NCBI GenBank assembly: GCA_028534125.1
Contig: CM052816.1
Coordinates: forward strand, 6,202,001 to 6,266,000
Length of the DNA: 64,000 nucleotides
Direction: 5' to 3'
Source of the DNA: Lama glama
Lineage: Eukaryota
Shown: piece by piece, positions 61,690 through 64,000 of the stretch
How positions within the stretch are numbered: the first letter of the stretch is position 1
Layout: every line of letters begins with the position of its first letter
The notes under the pieces: model-generated
What the model saw: the letters and a program-made list of their open reading frames with translations, nothing else
Told to the model about the DNA's origin: nothing
Databases searched by the model: none
Made by a program: the position numbers and the translations under genes

Positions 61690-62110
61690 TAGGATGGTTA
61701 ATTTTATTTGTCAGCTTGGCTGGGCCACAGTGCCCAGATATTTGGTCAAACATTATTCTGGATGTTTCTATGCGACTTTTTTTTTTTTAAAGACGAGATG
61801 AACATTTAAATGAGTGAACTCTGAGTAAAGCAGGTTGCTCTCCATCATGTGGATTGTCCACATTAAGTCAATTGAAGGCCTTAAGAGAACAAACACTGAC
61901 CTCCCTCGAAGGAGAAAGAATGGGGCCAACAGAAGGTCTTTGAACCTAAACTGCAGTATCTGTGCTTTCGGGGTCTTGGGTCTGCAGCCTGCAGATTTGG
62001 GTCTTGTCTGTCTCCATAACTTTGTGAGTTAATTTCTTCATGTAAAACCTCTCTCTCCCGCTCTCTCGGTCTATCCCATTGGCTTTGCTTTGCCCGACAA
62101 CCCTAACACA
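61690..62110 (+). mobile_element. ERVL solo LTR, MLT2 family, inserted in an L2 fragment
   Basis: GATGGTTAATTTTAT-TTGTCAGCTTGGCTGGGCCACAGTGCCCAGATATTTGGTCAAACATTATTCTGGATGT...AACCCTAACACA. Confidence 0.9.
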
Positions 62111-62442
62111 GGTGATGAGTATTATGACAAAGGGGGATTGAGAGTCTTTTGCTTTCCCCCTTGAATCTTCTTACCTCTTCCCCCTCCACTCTGATTCCTA
62201 AAATGTAGCTTTAAACTTGGGAATCTCTGCCTGCATTTTGATTTATAAGCAGTATGGGTGGTTTTAGAACACAGCTGGGATTGAGTTAATTTTATTCAGA
62301 ATAATCTGTTTGGATTTTAATCCCCAAGGTTTAACTTCACAAGGAGATGATGATTCAGGTGCAGCAAATGACATTTTATTTCTTGTATCAACAGCTTTTA
62401 TGGCCTCTTTGGGCTGACAGATACACTAGAAGTTGTGTAGTT

Positions 62443-62620
62443 CAGTCGTGCTCAAACTTTAGTAATTAAAAAAAAAATCATGATGGTGAAGATATATAAC
62501 CCCAGGCACCAGCCCCAGGATTCTGATATCTGGGCTTAGGGCCAGGAATCTGCAGCAGCCTTCACCAGCAGCCTGGGTGATTCAGTTGCAGATGAAAAGA
62601 AACACACTCTGGGAAGCGCT
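62443..62620. mobile_element. MER5-family DNA transposon
   Basis: CAGTCGTGCTCAAACTT...CCCCAGGATTCTGAT...GGCCAGGAATCTGCA...GGTGATTC...GGAAGCGCTG. Confidence 0.65.
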
Positions 62621-64000
62621 GATCTAATTCAGATGTCTCAGCTGAGGCCAGAAGTGGGAAGTTGATGGCCTTAGGGTTACTGAGTGCACCAGGGAGCCTG
62701 GCCCAGGCCTGTTTTCTCCTTTCTCATCTCTGGCCTCTTAGGCTCTGCCAGTGTCTTCCCTCTGCTAGCAGCACCACCCTCATCTGTAATCTTACAAGAA
62801 AAGCAAATTCTTAGGCCCAGATCTAAATTTTCTGATCTCCTTCAGAAACTCTAGACCCAAAAATCTGTGTTTTACAGTTTTAGCAGATGCACATTTCTTG
62901 GCAAGCTGTTGGCTTCAGTACGTGGGAGTCAAACGGTAACCATGTGCCCCTTATGAGCGTGGTCAGGTGTTTCTGTGACTACGGGGCGTGGCCTCACCCC
63001 CTTGGCCAGGTGTTGCCCATCAGCATTACTGCACTTCTGTTTAACTGAAAGCCAGCAGCTGCGTTCTGTTTGGCCCGCCCTCTTCCAGCCAGTCCTCTCC
63101 GTGGCCTGGACGCCTGTTCCTCCATCTGTGCCCACAACGTGCTTCTGCCTTCAGTGCCAACACCAGGGTGAGTCGCTTCTGATTGTTAGATATGAACGGT
63201 GCATCATTTGCTCAGGGGGGGCAAGGACTTGGGTCAGAATGCAGCCTAACCTAAGAATTTCATAGTGTTCATAAACGGAGAGTGAGGCGCTTTGTCTGTA
63301 AGGACTCCGGGCTTGAAAATTCAAGCGTCAAAATTTCCTCCTGCGCTGTGTTTTCTGCTGTCAGTGGGCAGGGACCAGTTCAGTCCTTTTCTTCACTATA
63401 GGAAGGAGAGGGTGGGGAGGCAGAGCTTTGCTCATCCCGCCCGAACAGTTGCTTAATGATAATGAGCTGCGTTTATACCGTGCCTTTCATCCAGATAACT
63501 CCACAGACGGAATTTGTGTTCACCATTGCTTAAAACATACTTCATAGAGTCCCAAGGGTTTATCTCTCTGGGCTCCGTAACCTCTGCATTTGTTGTGTTC
63601 CGTGGTCTCTGCTTACACAGCCTGCCAAGAAAGATGGGTCATGAGCGGCGGTGGTGGTGTAATTAAGGCTGCAGACTGACAGAAAGGAGATTTGATCTAT
63701 TCTGACTTTCTGGTGTGTCGCTAGGTCCAGTTCACTGATGTGTTTGTGCGATTTTACATCTTTGTCAGGGGTTCTCCAGGGAGGAGTTGCGTTAGAGTTG
63801 GAGAGAGGTGCAGCTGAAGTACTTAAAAGCCCATCTGAATGCTTCAGACCCTTTGCAGGAGAGCAAGTGCTCTGTGGACTCACTCCTGTCTTGTAAGTCC
63901 ATGAGCAGGAATTGTCCCAGCCTGGGGGACTGGGAAAGGAAACCATGTTGAAGCATGTGAACCCTTGGAGTGAATCAGCAAGTCAGGAGAGGGTCTGTGG

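Noticed and set aside
63560..63946. 128-aa minus-strand ORF
   Set aside because: No recognisable domain and no convincing flanking splice signals.
1..64000. CRISPR array, tRNA/rRNA/snRNA, processed pseudogene or ERV internal genes
   Set aside because: None seen on either strand: no spaced direct repeats, no recognisable RNA gene or mRNA-derived segment, and all LTRs appear to be solo.

Overview
This is mammalian non-coding DNA (intergenic, or deep in a large intron), split by a 500-N assembly gap at 31213-31712. I find no supportable intact protein-coding gene, tRNA, rRNA, CRISPR array or processed pseudogene. The ORF track consists of LINE-1 ORF2 debris, antisense repeat ORFs, gap artefacts and chance ORFs. 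Much of the window is transposable-element sequence: young and old L1, L2, L3/CR1, MIR, MaLR/ERVL/ERV1 solo LTRs, and hAT MER5/MER20. The L1 3' UTR types, with no Alu, B1/B2, BovB/Bov-tA, PRE-1, CHR or SINEC, point to a cetartiodactyl, probably a camelid. Family names come from my recall of consensus sequences, not from a search, and boundaries of old repeats are approximate. The most interesting unexplained signals are splice-signal configurations in unique sequence: an 18-nt minus-strand microexon candidate at 17227-17244, and a plus-strand microexon or recursive-splice candidate at 52650-52690. There are also several candidate enhancers and TSD-defined nested or chimeric insertions. I see no evidence for a novel multi-gene system.
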